Shown: positions 9,243-18,706 of the stretch, one piece after another
Layout: every line of letters begins with the position of its first letter
Position numbering within the stretch: the first letter of the stretch is position 1
Source: Bdellovibrio sp.
GTDB lineage: Bacteria > UBA10199 > 2-02-FULL-44-16 > DYJF01
Length of the DNA stretch: 61,645 nucleotides
Direction: 5' to 3'
Assembly (NCBI GenBank): GCA_020723205.1
Contig: DYJF01000003.1
Coordinates: 1-61,645 of the forward strand
The notes under the pieces: model-generated
Databases searched by the model: none
What the model was told of the DNA's origin: nothing
The model's input: only the letters and a program-made list of their open reading frames with translations
Made by a program: the position numbers and the translations under genes

Positions 9243-9917
9243 ATGCTAAAGCTTTTAAAGCTCATAAGGGACGATTTCTCGATGGTCTTCGAACGCGATC
9301 CTGCGGCCAGATCGAAGGTCGAGATAGTTCTTTGCTATCCGGGGTTACATGCTCTTGTATTTCATAGGTTTGCTAACTATTTATGGAACCATCACTTGAA
9401 GTTACTGGGAAGGATGTTGTCTCATTTTTCAAGGTGGGTGACGGGCATCGAGATCCATCCCGGAGCAAAGATCGGGAACAGATTTTTCATAGACCACGGC
9501 ATGGGCGTGGTTATTGGCGAGACCACGGAGGTGGGCGATGATGTGACGCTCTATCAGGGGGTCACCTTGGGCGGCACTACGTGGACGAAGGGCAAGAGGC
9601 ATCCGACAATAGAAGACCGTGTGGTGATCGGCGCGGGAGCGATCCTTTTGGGTCCCATCCGCATCGGTCACGACTCAAGGATCGGTTCCTCGTCCGTCGT
9701 GATCCACGACGTCCCTTCGCTGTCCACTGTCGTCGGCATTCCGGGAAAAGTGGTCCATCGGCGCGATCCGATCGTGCACTCAGAGGATGATCACCAGTAC
9801 GATCTCCAGCACGGTACGCTGCCGGACCCCTTCGGCGACGCCATAGACGGTCTCCGCCGCAGTATACAGGAGATACACGCCCGCCTCATAGCTCTGGAAC
9901 AAAAACAGGAAGACTGA
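9243..9917 (+). CDS. cysE: Serine O-acetyltransferase
   Basis: 224 aa with ERDPAA…YPG and hexapeptide-repeat region IHPGAKIG…[13 protein letters not shown]. Confidence 0.9.
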   Translation: MLKLLKLIRDDFSMVFERDPAARSKVEIVLCYPGLHALVFHRFANYLWNHHLKLLGRMLSHFSRWVTGIEIHPGAKIGNRFFIDHGMGVVIGETTEVGDDVTLYQGVTLGGTTWTKGKRHPTIEDRVVIGAGAILLGPIRIGHDSRIGSSSVVIHDVPSLSTVVGIPGKVVHRRDPIVHSEDDHQYDLQHGTLPDPFGDAIDGLRRSIQEIHARLIALEQKQED

Positions 9918-9920
9918 AAA

Positions 9921-10988
9921 ATGGCAGGAAAAGTCCTTGTAGCGATGTCCGGGGGAGTGGATTCGTCGGTGGCGGCCCTTGTCCTGAAGGAACAGGGGTT
10001 CGACGTTGTCGGCGCTTCGATGCATCTTTTCAGCTGCGACCGCCCCCACGCGAAGAGCTGTTGTTCGGCCCGCGACCGAATGGACGCGAGGCGGGTTTGC
10101 GAGATGATCGGGGTCCCGTTCCTTTCCCTGGACCACCGCCGGGATTTCAAGCGCCTTGTGATTGAACCGTTCGTCGCAGAATACCTTAAGGGGCGGACGC
10201 CGTCGCCCTGCATCCTCTGCAATCAACACCTGAAGTTCGGTGTTCTCTTCGACGAGGCCGGACGAATAGGAGCGTCGCATGTGGCGACCGGGCACTATGC
10301 GCAGGTCGTCGCCCGCGGGGACGGAAGCTTCGGCTTGCACCGCGGTCACGATGTCGCAAAGGACCAGTCCTATTTCCTCTTCACCCTCACGCAAAAGGAG
10401 CTGGGAAAGGTCCTCTTCCCCGTGGGCAAAATGGCCAAGACGGAAGTGAGAAGGATCGCAAAAGAGAAAGGGCTTCCCACCTCTGAAAAGACGGAAAGCC
10501 AGGAGATCTGCTTTGTGGCGGACGGCGATTACGCTTCGTTCGTGGAGGAAGCAGGGCCCTGCGGATCGAAGGGCGCCGGCGACTTCGTTGACACGGAAGG
10601 AAAAAAGATCGGGCGCCACAAGGGTATCCATTGTTACACGGTGGGCCAGCGACGCGGACTGGGTTTCGGCGTGGGCCGTCGCCAGTATGTCGTGGGGATA
10701 GATGCGGAAAGAAACGAGGTCGTGCTGGGGACGAACGGAGACCTCCTTAAAAAGGAGATCTCTGTCAGGGCCGTGAGCTTCACCGGTTCCACGGAGGGAT
10801 TGTCCCCCGCGGACGGCGTCGAAGTGCAGATACGCTCCACGCACAGGGCGGCGCCCGCGCGCATCGAAGACGGGGGAGACGGCACAGTAAAAGTCGTATT
10901 TGAGGAGGCCCAGAGGGCAATCGCCCCCGGTCAAGCGGCCGTTTTTTATCGCGGTAGCGAGGTCATAGGGGGAGGGCTGATTGCCTAG
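9921..10988 (+). CDS. mnmA: tRNA 2-thiouridine(34) synthase MnmA
   Basis: 355 aa with the PP-loop AMSGGVDSS and typical MnmA length and sequence (ATGHYA, DQSYFL). Confidence 0.9.
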   Translation: MAGKVLVAMSGGVDSSVAALVLKEQGFDVVGASMHLFSCDRPHAKSCCSARDRMDARRVCEMIGVPFLSLDHRRDFKRLVIEPFVAEYLKGRTPSPCILCNQHLKFGVLFDEAGRIGASHVATGHYAQVVARGDGSFGLHRGHDVAKDQSYFLFTLTQKELGKVLFPVGKMAKTEVRRIAKEKGLPTSEKTESQEICFVADGDYASFVEEAGPCGSKGAGDFVDTEGKKIGRHKGIHCYTVGQRRGLGFGVGRRQYVVGIDAERNEVVLGTNGDLLKKEISVRAVSFTGSTEGLSPADGVEVQIRSTHRAAPARIEDGGDGTVKVVFEEAQRAIAPGQAAVFYRGSEVIGGGLIA

Positions 10989-12267
10989 CGTCTTCTTCAC
11001 AACCTTAGGATGCAAGACCAATCACTATGATTCGGACGCGTTGGCCGAAGCGTGCGTGCGCGCAGGATATATGCTCGCGCCGGCGGGCCGTGAAGCGGAT
11101 GTTCATGTGATAAATACGTGCACGGTAACGGCCGCGTCCGATGTGCGGGGCAGAAACATAATAAGGGGGGCCGTCCGCAGGAAAGGCCGGGGCAAGGTCG
11201 TGGTCTGCGGCTGCGGGCCAAAGATAGATGCGCAAAGATACAGGAGGATCGAAGGGGTAGATCACGTGATGGGAGCGCGATCGGAAATTGAATTGGTCGA
11301 TATTTTGAAAAGACACTTTACCCCCTCACCCCCGCTCTTTCCTGCGAGGAGCGAGGGAGAGACAGTTCAACCCCGCGCGCGTGCTTTCTTGAAGATTCAG
11401 GACGGTTGCGACAGCGGCTGCGCCTATTGCATAGTTCCAGCCGCAAGGGGGCCGGCCAGAAGCGTGTCCGTGGACCACGTCCTGACCGGTGTCAAAAAGC
11501 TTGAGGCGCAGGGTTTCAAAGAGGTGGTCTTGACCGGTATTCACATCGGACGTTACGGCCGCGACCTGAAGGAAGGCGGGACGCTTGCGGGGCTGATAGA
11601 AGAGATGCTCGCCTTAACCGACAGTTGCCGTATAAGGATAACTTCGCTCGATCCCGACGAAGTGGAGGATGGATTGGTTCGCCTGCTTTCTCATCCGCGC
11701 GTTTGCAGGCACCTACATCTGTCCCTTCAGAGCGGCTCGGACGCCGTCCTTGAGATGATGATGAGAAGAAAGGGCGCAGCCGTCTATGCAGAGAGGATAG
11801 AAGGCCTGGCGAAAGAGGTCCCTGGCATTGCGATCGGCGCGGACATCATAACGGGTTTTCCCGGCGAGACCGTCGCGCACTTCGAAGAGACAAAGGCCCT
11901 TGTGGAGCGCCTGCCGTTCGCTTATCTTCATGTCTTTCCATACTCGCAGCGCCCCGGTACTCCGGCGGCGACCATGAAAGATCAGGTGCCGGTCGCTGTT
12001 CGCAGGTCCCGTGCAAGGGAGCTTCTCGAAATTTCCGCGAGGAAACGCGACGCGTTTTACAAAAGCCGGATCGGCGAACGACTTGACGTGATAATTGTTT
12101 CCAAGAGACCTAATGGCGAGGGACTGGTCAAAGGGATCGGCGACAATTATGTCCCGGTGTATTTGTGCGGAGACGGATTAAAGTACAGAGAGATTTACAA
12201 TGTGGAGATATGCACCATAGAAGGTCGGCGCAGGGTTGAGGGGGTCATGGGGCGTCATCGGGGATAA
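10981..12267 (+). CDS. mtaB: Radical-SAM tRNA methylthiotransferase (MiaB/MtaB family)
   Basis: 428 aa. N-terminal UPF0004-type Cys residues, a radical-SAM CDSGCAYC (CxxxCxxC) motif and a TRAM-like C-terminus. Assignment to the MtaB subfamily rather than MiaB is tentative. Confidence 0.7.
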   Translation: MPSVFFTTLGCKTNHYDSDALAEACVRAGYMLAPAGREADVHVINTCTVTAASDVRGRNIIRGAVRRKGRGKVVVCGCGPKIDAQRYRRIEGVDHVMGARSEIELVDILKRHFTPSPPLFPARSEGETVQPRARAFLKIQDGCDSGCAYCIVPAARGPARSVSVDHVLTGVKKLEAQGFKEVVLTGIHIGRYGRDLKEGGTLAGLIEEMLALTDSCRIRITSLDPDEVEDGLVRLLSHPRVCRHLHLSLQSGSDAVLEMMMRRKGAAVYAERIEGLAKEVPGIAIGADIITGFPGETVAHFEETKALVERLPFAYLHVFPYSQRPGTPAATMKDQVPVAVRRSRARELLEISARKRDAFYKSRIGERLDVIIVSKRPNGEGLVKGIGDNYVPVYLCGDGLKYREIYNVEICTIEGRRRVEGVMGRHRG

Positions 12268-12270
12268 ATT

Positions 12271-12999
12271 ATGTCAATTTCTCGCGAAGAAAAAAAGAAG
12301 TTCAAGGAGTTCGAAAAACGTCTCGGGTACGGTTTTAAAAAGCGCGAACATCTGAAGCGTGCGCTCACGCACAAATCCTTCGCCAACGAGCAGCACCTTC
12401 CGCCGACGGAGCACAACGAACGCTACGAATACTTGGGAGACGCGGTGCTGGAGCTTTCCGTGAGCCATCTTCTCATGGAACAGTTTCCGACGCATCCGGA
12501 GGGGGAGCTTTCAAAGCTCCGTGCGGCGATCGTCAACGAAGAGCAGCTCGCATCCATGGCGAGGGCCTTGCGCATTGGCGATTACCTCTATCTTGGCAAG
12601 GGGGAGGACAGGACCGGCGGGCGCGAAAAGCCGTCGCTCCTCTCGGACGCCTTCGAGGCGGTCCTGGGGGGCGTGTACATGGACCGCGGTTTCGACAAGG
12701 CGAACGGCGTTGTGAGAAAGCAGTTCACGAAGGTCTTGAAGGAAGTGGGCGGCACCGGTTTTATGAAGGATTATAAAACACGGTTGCAGGAGATCTCGCA
12801 GGGGCGGTTCAGGGTCATGCCGCGCTATCGGCTGGTCAGCTCCACGGGTCCCGATCACAGGAAGACATTTGAGATTAACCTCTATATAAAGGAAGAGCTT
12901 GTCGGCGTGGGACACGGGGCCTCCAAAAAGGCCGCGGAACAGGACGCAGCAAGACAGGCACTGGAGAAGATCGAATGCAATTCAAATCGGGATATGTAG
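12271..12999 (+). CDS. rnc: Ribonuclease III
   Basis: 242 aa with the RNase III signature ERYEYLGDAVLEL and a C-terminal dsRBD (GPDHRKTFEI…SKKAAEQDAA). Followed by era, as in rnc-era operons. Confidence 0.95.
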   Translation: MSISREEKKKFKEFEKRLGYGFKKREHLKRALTHKSFANEQHLPPTEHNERYEYLGDAVLELSVSHLLMEQFPTHPEGELSKLRAAIVNEEQLASMARALRIGDYLYLGKGEDRTGGREKPSLLSDAFEAVLGGVYMDRGFDKANGVVRKQFTKVLKEVGGTGFMKDYKTRLQEISQGRFRVMPRYRLVSSTGPDHRKTFEINLYIKEELVGVGHGASKKAAEQDAARQALEKIECNSNRDM

Positions 13000-13859
13000 C
13001 GATCGTAGGGCGCCCCAACGTCGGCAAATCGACCTTGATGAACGCGATATTGGGCGAGGAGCTTGCCATTGTTACGGCCAAACCGCAGACCACGAGGCAC
13101 CGCATTACGGGCATACTCAACCAGGACGATGCGCAGATCGTGTTCCTCGACACGCCCGGCTACCATGAATCGAAGAAGCCGCTCAATTGCATCATGAACG
13201 AGGTGGTGGACGGCGTGATAGCCGATGCGGATTGCGTCTGCATAATGGTGGAGGCAGGGCAAAATGACGTCGGGATGGAAAAGGAACTTTTCAACCGGAT
13301 AGGCCGTGGACGTTCCATCGTCGTCGTCAACAAGGCGGACCTCGTGCACAAGAATCTTTACAGATCTGTTGCAGAGCGTTTCAAGAACGACTGGGACGTG
13401 AAGGAACTTGTCATACTCTCCGCGCTGAAGAACGAGGGGGTCATCACGCTGATCGACGCAATAAAGGAGCGTCTTCCCGCGGGCGAACCGCTTTTTCCCG
13501 CGGACGAATACACGACCCACACCGTTCGCTTTATCGCGTCCGAGCTCATCCGCGAGCAGGTCTTTTTGCAGATGCATCAGGAGATCCCTTATTCGACGGC
13601 CGTGCGCATCGAAGAGTTCAAGGACGCTACTGCGGACGATCCCGTGACGAGGATCAAAGCGGCCATCATAGTCGAGAAGGAGTCGCAGAAGGGGATGGTA
13701 ATAGGCAAAGGGGGGACGAGGATAAAGGAGATCGGCCAGAAGGCCCGCTTCAAGATAGAGGAGATGCTGGGTACCAAGGTTTATCTTGAACTCTTCGTCA
13801 AAGTGGAGGAAAACTGGACGAAAGACGGCGATAAAATAAGGGAATTCATGGGGGAGTAG
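12975..13859 (+). CDS. era: GTPase Era
   Basis: 294 aa with G1 GRPNVGKST, DTPG, NKAD and a C-terminal KH domain. Overlaps the rnc 3' end by 25 nt. Confidence 0.95.
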   Translation: MQFKSGYVAIVGRPNVGKSTLMNAILGEELAIVTAKPQTTRHRITGILNQDDAQIVFLDTPGYHESKKPLNCIMNEVVDGVIADADCVCIMVEAGQNDVGMEKELFNRIGRGRSIVVVNKADLVHKNLYRSVAERFKNDWDVKELVILSALKNEGVITLIDAIKERLPAGEPLFPADEYTTHTVRFIASELIREQVFLQMHQEIPYSTAVRIEEFKDATADDPVTRIKAAIIVEKESQKGMVIGKGGTRIKEIGQKARFKIEEMLGTKVYLELFVKVEENWTKDGDKIREFMGE

Positions 13860-13866
13860 TTTCTTA

Positions 13867-13893
13867 GCAACCTTTCGGGACGCGCGGCGATAA
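13867..13893 (+). promoter_or_regulatory. Alternative-sigma-type promoter motif, copy 1 of 4 (GCAACCT-N13-GCGATAA)
   Basis: Same architecture and spacing as the sites at 36712, 50417 and 51859. Ends 12 nt before the ATG at 13906. Confidence 0.45.
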
Positions 13894-13905
13894 AGGGGGT
13901 GGAAG

Positions 13906-14463
13906 ATGAAGGCCACTTACTACGATATCCTTGGGGTCAGCCCCGCGGCGTCGAACGACATAATCCACGCCGCATACCGCGCCCTCATGCTCAAGGACAA
14001 AAAACATCCCGATCTGGGCGGCGATCCCGAGGAGGCGAAGGCGATAAACGAGGCCTACTCGGTTCTCAAGGACGCCGAAAAACGCACAAAGTACGATTCG
14101 AGGATAGGGAAAACGTCCTTCTGGAAGTTCTGGGAAAGGGCGGCCCCGCAGACGAACGAGCGCCGCCGCGCGGTCCGCACCGCGGGCAGCTCCACGGTCT
14201 CCTTCTGTATGAACCATGATACGCGCTGGAACGTCGCGCGCGTGAAGGACTATTCCGTCATAGGTTGCCGCATTGTCTCGCATGAGCCGGTCAAAAAGAA
14301 CGAATCCGTGGTCATCTCCTGCACGAACACCGCATCGGCGGTCGTGCACGGCAAGGTCCGCTGGGTGCGCATGTATTGTCCCTCAATATTCGAAAGGGTG
14401 TACGAGGCCGGTATTGAGTTCGACCAGCCGATACACGACATCGCGCAGCGTCTATCGATTTAA
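13906..14463 (+). CDS. J-domain (DnaJ-like) protein fused to a PilZ-type domain
   Basis: N-terminus YYDILGV…HPD…AYSVL is a J domain. The C-terminus carries RRAVR (RxxxR) and, 22 residues later, DYSVIG (DxSxxG), the PilZ c-di-GMP-binding motifs. Confidence 0.7.
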   Translation: MKATYYDILGVSPAASNDIIHAAYRALMLKDKKHPDLGGDPEEAKAINEAYSVLKDAEKRTKYDSRIGKTSFWKFWERAAPQTNERRRAVRTAGSSTVSFCMNHDTRWNVARVKDYSVIGCRIVSHEPVKKNESVVISCTNTASAVVHGKVRWVRMYCPSIFERVYEAGIEFDQPIHDIAQRLSI

Positions 14464-14465
14464 TC

Positions 14466-14579
14466 TGAACGCAACGGCTCTCGGCCAACTCTTTGCATGT
14501 CCTTCCGCTCCCACATGATCTAGTCGTGCATATTGCAAGTCAGGATCCTGCAAAGAGTTGCCCTACGCCGTTGCGTTCA
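14466..14579. repeat. Long imperfect inverted repeat (potential stem of about 27 bp, 51-nt loop)
   Basis: TGAACGCAACGGC-tctc-GGCCAACTCTTTGCA (14466-14497) faces TGCAAAGAGTTGCC-ctac-GCCGTTGCGTTCA (14549-14579). The loop contains the palindrome CAGGATCCTG. Confidence 0.75.
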
Positions 14580-14639
14580 AATAATCAGGATTGCATCGCT
14601 CTGCGATGTCGTATATCGGTCTTGTCTGGAGATACATAG

Positions 14640-15815
14640 ATGAAGCGGAATATTCTGATTTTTGCGGTCCTCTTGGCGACGGCGCTCCCCTTTGTCGCGC
14701 GGGCGCAATATTATCAGGGCGCGACCTTCACCGGCATAGCTCACAACTGGGCTAGCCAGAAGATAGACGGCGAGCTTTGGGGGGTCGCGCGCGGCGATAT
14801 AGACGGGAACGGCGCAAAAGAGACGGTCATCCTGAAAAGGGATGCCGTCATCGTGGGCGCGCTCGACGCGGACGGTTTCAAGGCGACCACGCAATACGAA
14901 CTGAAGGGTTTTCTGGACGGTGTGCGCATCTATACTATGGACACGGACGGCGACGGCGCGGAGGAGATCGTCGTGTCGGCTATCGAGAACGGCCATCCTT
15001 CATCCCTTGCGCTAAGATATTCGAACGGCGGGCTCGAGCCGGTATTTGCGAATGCGCCGTGGCACATAAGGGTCGTCTCCATCGGCGGTTCGAAAAAGCT
15101 CGTCGGGCAGCAGTGGAACGGCGCCAATTTCTTTTTCGGACCGGTCTATGAGCTTGAGATCAAGTCGGGAAAACTCAAAAGCGCTGAAAGGTTGAAGCTC
15201 GGCTCTACGACCGACATCTTCGATTTCGGCATCATCTCGACCTCGAGCGACGACATCACCAAAGAAACGCGCGTCGAGAACTTCGCATGGCTGGAGGGAT
15301 ACAATCCCTTGAAGATCTACGAGCGCAAGAAGAAGAGATACAAGAAGATATGGTCGAGCGGCGTAAGGTTCGGCGGGACCATGAACCTTATCGAGGCCAC
15401 GCAGCGTGAAACGCTGGGTCAGGCGATGGATTATTATATACAGATAGACAGGGAGCCGGAGGTCGTCGGCATGAGAGGGCTGGACGTCGTGATAGCCGCC
15501 CAGCACGACATACCTCTCAAGAACATGATCGGCCGCAAACCGTATATAAGGAGCGGAAAGATCGTGGCCTTCAAAAGGGACTCCGTGCTGGGGTTCTCAA
15601 GGTATTTTGAAACTGAAGAGGTGCCCGGTTTCATATCTGATTTCCTGATCTTCGAGACGGAAGCGGTTCAAAGTGACGGCGCGGCGAAACCCAAGAAAGG
15701 GGCGCCGCCCGCAAAGGTGGTGCAGACCAAGCTCTTAATGGTGGTCCAGCCGGACACAAGCGCGTTTCGAGAGGACCGCGACAGTGTCCTCTTGAATTTC
15801 GACCTACCGAACTAA
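14640..15815 (+). CDS. Secreted FG-GAP/VCBS-like repeat protein (hypothetical)
   Basis: Signal peptide MKRNILIFAVLLATALPFVARA. Repeated GDIDGNGAKE and DTDGDGAEE calcium-binding-type loops. Confidence 0.6.
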   Translation: MKRNILIFAVLLATALPFVARAQYYQGATFTGIAHNWASQKIDGELWGVARGDIDGNGAKETVILKRDAVIVGALDADGFKATTQYELKGFLDGVRIYTMDTDGDGAEEIVVSAIENGHPSSLALRYSNGGLEPVFANAPWHIRVVSIGGSKKLVGQQWNGANFFFGPVYELEIKSGKLKSAERLKLGSTTDIFDFGIISTSSDDITKETRVENFAWLEGYNPLKIYERKKKRYKKIWSSGVRFGGTMNLIEATQRETLGQAMDYYIQIDREPEVVGMRGLDVVIAAQHDIPLKNMIGRKPYIRSGKIVAFKRDSVLGFSRYFETEEVPGFISDFLIFETEAVQSDGAAKPKKGAPPAKVVQTKLLMVVQPDTSAFREDRDSVLLNFDLPN

Positions 15816-15822
15816 GTAAGAA

Positions 15823-15849
15823 GGCCCGCCACTGGATCGCCGGCGGGCC
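15823..15849. terminator. GC-rich hairpin between convergent genes; probable bidirectional terminator
   Basis: GGCCCGCC (15823-15830) pairs with GGCGGGCC (15842-15849). It has short T-rich flanks on both strands and lies between the FG-GAP gene stop and the tRNA-Met 3' end. Confidence 0.55.
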
Positions 15850-15852
15850 GTT

Positions 15853-15929
15853 TGGTGGCGGAGGGCGGGATCGAACCGCCGACCTAGGGGTTATGAATCC
15901 CTCGCTCTAGCCATCTGAGCTACCCCGCC
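15853..15929 (-). tRNA. tRNA with CAU anticodon (Met; a lysidine-type Ile2 is not excluded), CCA encoded
   Basis: Reverse complement reads GGCGGGGTAGCTCAGATGGCTAGAGC…GGGATTCATAACCCC…GGTTCGATCCCGCCCTCCGCCACCA. Confidence 0.88.
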
Positions 15930-15989
15930 TCTGGTTTGCGCTAATATAATGATGAAAAATAATTTGTCGAGTTCAAAAATGTATGCTCT

Positions 15990-16424
15990 ATGAGAGGATC
16001 CATGAGGTCGAGAACCGGCAAGACGGCAAGGACGATCGTCGCAAGACTGGAGCGGGGCGAGGACCTCTATGATCGCCTCACGCAGCTGGTCCAGGATAAC
16101 TTTGTAAGTTCGGGCTCATTTCAGGTGATAGGCGCGGTCAAGAGGGCCAAGGTCGGCGTCTTCGAGCACGGCAAATACGAATGGACGATCCACGAGGGCG
16201 CGCTGGAGATATCGTCCTGCACGGGCAACGTCGCGGTCAAAGAGGGAAAACCCTTTGTGCATTGTCATGCGGTTCTAGGCGACCATAAAGGAACGGTCAT
16301 CTCCGGCCACGTCGGCGCAGGGTGCATCGTGGAGCCGACGGCCGAGGTGCATATGCAGGTATACGAGGGAGAGATGTCGCGCCGGTTCGATTCCGACACC
16401 GGATTGTGGATATTGGACATATGA
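15990..16424 (+). CDS. PPC-domain (DUF296) protein
   Basis: 144 aa with a DUF296/PPC-like pattern (ARLERGEDL…SFQVIGAV…HCHAVLGD…GGHV). The start may be one of the nearby downstream ATGs. Confidence 0.65.
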   Translation: MRGSMRSRTGKTARTIVARLERGEDLYDRLTQLVQDNFVSSGSFQVIGAVKRAKVGVFEHGKYEWTIHEGALEISSCTGNVAVKEGKPFVHCHAVLGDHKGTVISGHVGAGCIVEPTAEVHMQVYEGEMSRRFDSDTGLWILDI

Positions 16425-17722
16425 AACCCATAGTGGCAATAATCGGGCGCGCGAACGTGGGGAAGTCGCGTCTTTTCAACCGCCTCATCGGATACCGCAA
16501 GGCGCTCGTCGACGATTCCGCGGGAGTTACGCGCGACCGCCATTATGCGCCCGCGGACTGGAGCGGACGGGAATTTATCGCAGTGGACACCGGCGGGATC
16601 GATATCGATCCCGAAGCGGACATCGAGCGAAAGATCACCAAGCAGAGCTTGCATGCCGTCTCCGAGGCGGACGTCGTTGTCTGCGTCTTCGACGGCCAGA
16701 TAGACCCGATGCCGGACGATCGCGAGCTCGCCCGCCGCTTGAAGAAGATCGGAAAACCGGTCATCTTCGCGCTCAATAAGATCGACAAGGCCCAGCACGA
16801 GGAACGCGCCATCGAGTACCGTCGCATGGGTGTGGAACCGTTCGTTATGGTTTCCGCAGAGCACGGGCGCGGCGTGGATGATCTGCTCGAAGAGGTGGTC
16901 AAACATTTTCCCAAAGACGTGATGCCGGCTCCGAAGCCGGCGGGCCCGCGCGTGACGGTTGTTGGACGCCCCAACGTCGGCAAGTCGACGCTTATCAACC
17001 GTCTTGCCGGCGGCGAAAGGGTGATAGTCCACGAGAAGCCCGGGACGACGAGGGACGCCATAGACGTCGAGATAGAGTTCGACGGTAAACAGTACGTGTT
17101 CATAGATACGGCCGGCGTCAGAAAGCATTTCAGCGTCGGCGAGCACATCGAAAGATTCTCCGCCATGCGCTCCCTGCGAACGATAGACAGGAGCGATATC
17201 GTGATCCAGCTCATCGACGCGACGGAGGGATTGACTCATCAGGACCTGAACCTTGCAGGGTTCGTCGCGGAGCAGGGCAAGGGCATGATTTTGCTCGTCA
17301 ACAAGTGGGACTCCATGAAGGTCGAGTGGGACGAATACGAAAAGAACCTTCGCGACTGTCTCAAGGAGTTGCGCAATATGGATATTTCCGCTATATCCGC
17401 GAAGACGGGTTACCATTGCCTCAAGATCTTTGAACATATAGACGTGCTGGACCGCGCGCTGGATAAGAAAGTCCCGACCTCCGAACTGAACCGTATCCTC
17501 GAGAGGGCGCTCTCTTCGCACAACCTGCCCGCGTACAAGGGCAAGGCGGTGCGGGTATATTATGTCACGCAGACGGGGACGCGACCTCCGACCTTCACGC
17601 TCTTCACCAACTTTCCGGCGGCGGTGCCCTATGCGTACCGGCAATATCTGATCCACAGTTTTCAGGAGGCGTTGGAGGTCGAGGGGGTTCCGGTCAAATT
17701 GATATTCAGAAAGAAAACGTGA
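16421..17722 (+). CDS. der: Ribosome-associated GTPase Der (EngA)
   Basis: Two tandem GTPase domains (GRANVGKS… and GRPNVGKST…) plus a KH-like C-terminus. The start MKPIVAIIG at 16421 forms an ATGA overlap with the previous ORF. The ORF-track extension to 16322 is rejected. Confidence 0.95.
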   Translation: MKPIVAIIGRANVGKSRLFNRLIGYRKALVDDSAGVTRDRHYAPADWSGREFIAVDTGGIDIDPEADIERKITKQSLHAVSEADVVVCVFDGQIDPMPDDRELARRLKKIGKPVIFALNKIDKAQHEERAIEYRRMGVEPFVMVSAEHGRGVDDLLEEVVKHFPKDVMPAPKPAGPRVTVVGRPNVGKSTLINRLAGGERVIVHEKPGTTRDAIDVEIEFDGKQYVFIDTAGVRKHFSVGEHIERFSAMRSLRTIDRSDIVIQLIDATEGLTHQDLNLAGFVAEQGKGMILLVNKWDSMKVEWDEYEKNLRDCLKELRNMDISAISAKTGYHCLKIFEHIDVLDRALDKKVPTSELNRILERALSSHNLPAYKGKAVRVYYVTQTGTRPPTFTLFTNFPAAVPYAYRQYLIHSFQEALEVEGVPVKLIFRKKT

Positions 17723-17723
17723 C

Positions 17724-18557
17724 ATGCGTATCGTCGGCAAAATCCTTAAGTCGTTCTTCGATGATGATTGTTTCATGTTATCGGCGAACATCGCCTTCTG
17801 CGCGCTTTTGGCCCTGGTGCCGCTCACGATGATCATGGTCTCAATCGCCGGTTATTTTCTGGGGAGCTCCGGCGAGGTTTTTCAGCAGATAGTCAACGGC
17901 ATAATAGGCGTCCTGCCGATCGGCAAGGAGGAGTTCATCGCCAACATGCGCCAGCTGATGGAGCAGCGCTCCTCTTTGGGGATCGTGGGCGTCGTCTTTC
18001 TGGTCTTCATCGCGACGATCCTCGTCGGCTCGATCGAGCGCGCCTTCGACATTATCTTCAGGAGCGTGAAGCGCCGGAATTTCTTCCATTCGCGGCTCAT
18101 CGGCATCGCGCTCATCTTCTGGATCACGCTTTTGTTCTTCATCCCGACAATGATCAGGGTGCTCGAGGGCCTTCTCTACCGTTACGGGTTCGATTTTCCG
18201 CTGGATGAGATATTCACGGCGGACGTCTTCATGTTCTTCGTCACGTTCCTGTCGTTCGTCATCGGCAGCGTCGTGATCCCCAACCAGAAGGTCTATGCCC
18301 GATATGCCGCGATAGGAGGCGTCGTATTCGCGCTGGGCGTCTTTCTCGCGAGGATCATCTTCCGGTGGTACATAGACATTGCCATCACGCGCTACAATGT
18401 GATCTACGGCTCGTTCACGGCCGCGATACTTTTCATCGTCTGGACCTATTATCTTGCCAACGTGCTGCTGCTTTCCGCCGAGGTCGTGGCGCAGATACAG
18501 TCATGGCGGCGCGGGAATGCGGAGAACACGAACCCAGGCGCTCCCATCGACGAATAG
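17724..18557 (+). CDS. YihY/BrkB-family membrane protein
   Basis: 277-aa polytopic protein with YihY-like features (NIAFCALLALVPL…, GSFTAAILFIVWTYY). Confidence 0.7.
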   Translation: MRIVGKILKSFFDDDCFMLSANIAFCALLALVPLTMIMVSIAGYFLGSSGEVFQQIVNGIIGVLPIGKEEFIANMRQLMEQRSSLGIVGVVFLVFIATILVGSIERAFDIIFRSVKRRNFFHSRLIGIALIFWITLLFFIPTMIRVLEGLLYRYGFDFPLDEIFTADVFMFFVTFLSFVIGSVVIPNQKVYARYAAIGGVVFALGVFLARIIFRWYIDIAITRYNVIYGSFTAAILFIVWTYYLANVLLLSAEVVAQIQSWRRGNAENTNPGAPIDE

Positions 18558-18706
18558 CTCCAAAATATCAAGCAAAGTCAATGCGTTGCGGTTGACAAGG
18601 GGGCGCATCTGGCATATCGTTTTGCCTCCTTTGATTCAAAAGGAAGGAGGATGTTATCAGCACATATAAAAGACTGCCGCGGGGCAAACAGAAACCGAAG
18701 AACGAG

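Noticed and set aside
9780-11021. Long antisense ORFs in the six-frame track. Examples: 9780-11021(-), 16265-17836(-), 19201-20616(-), 20683-21879(-), 30185-31510(-), 39884-41104(-), 41423-42517(+) and 44639-46201(-).
   Set aside because: Each lies opposite a confidently identified gene. Their translations are R/G/A/P-rich with no family resemblance. This is the typical stop-codon-poor antisense frame of GC-rich DNA.
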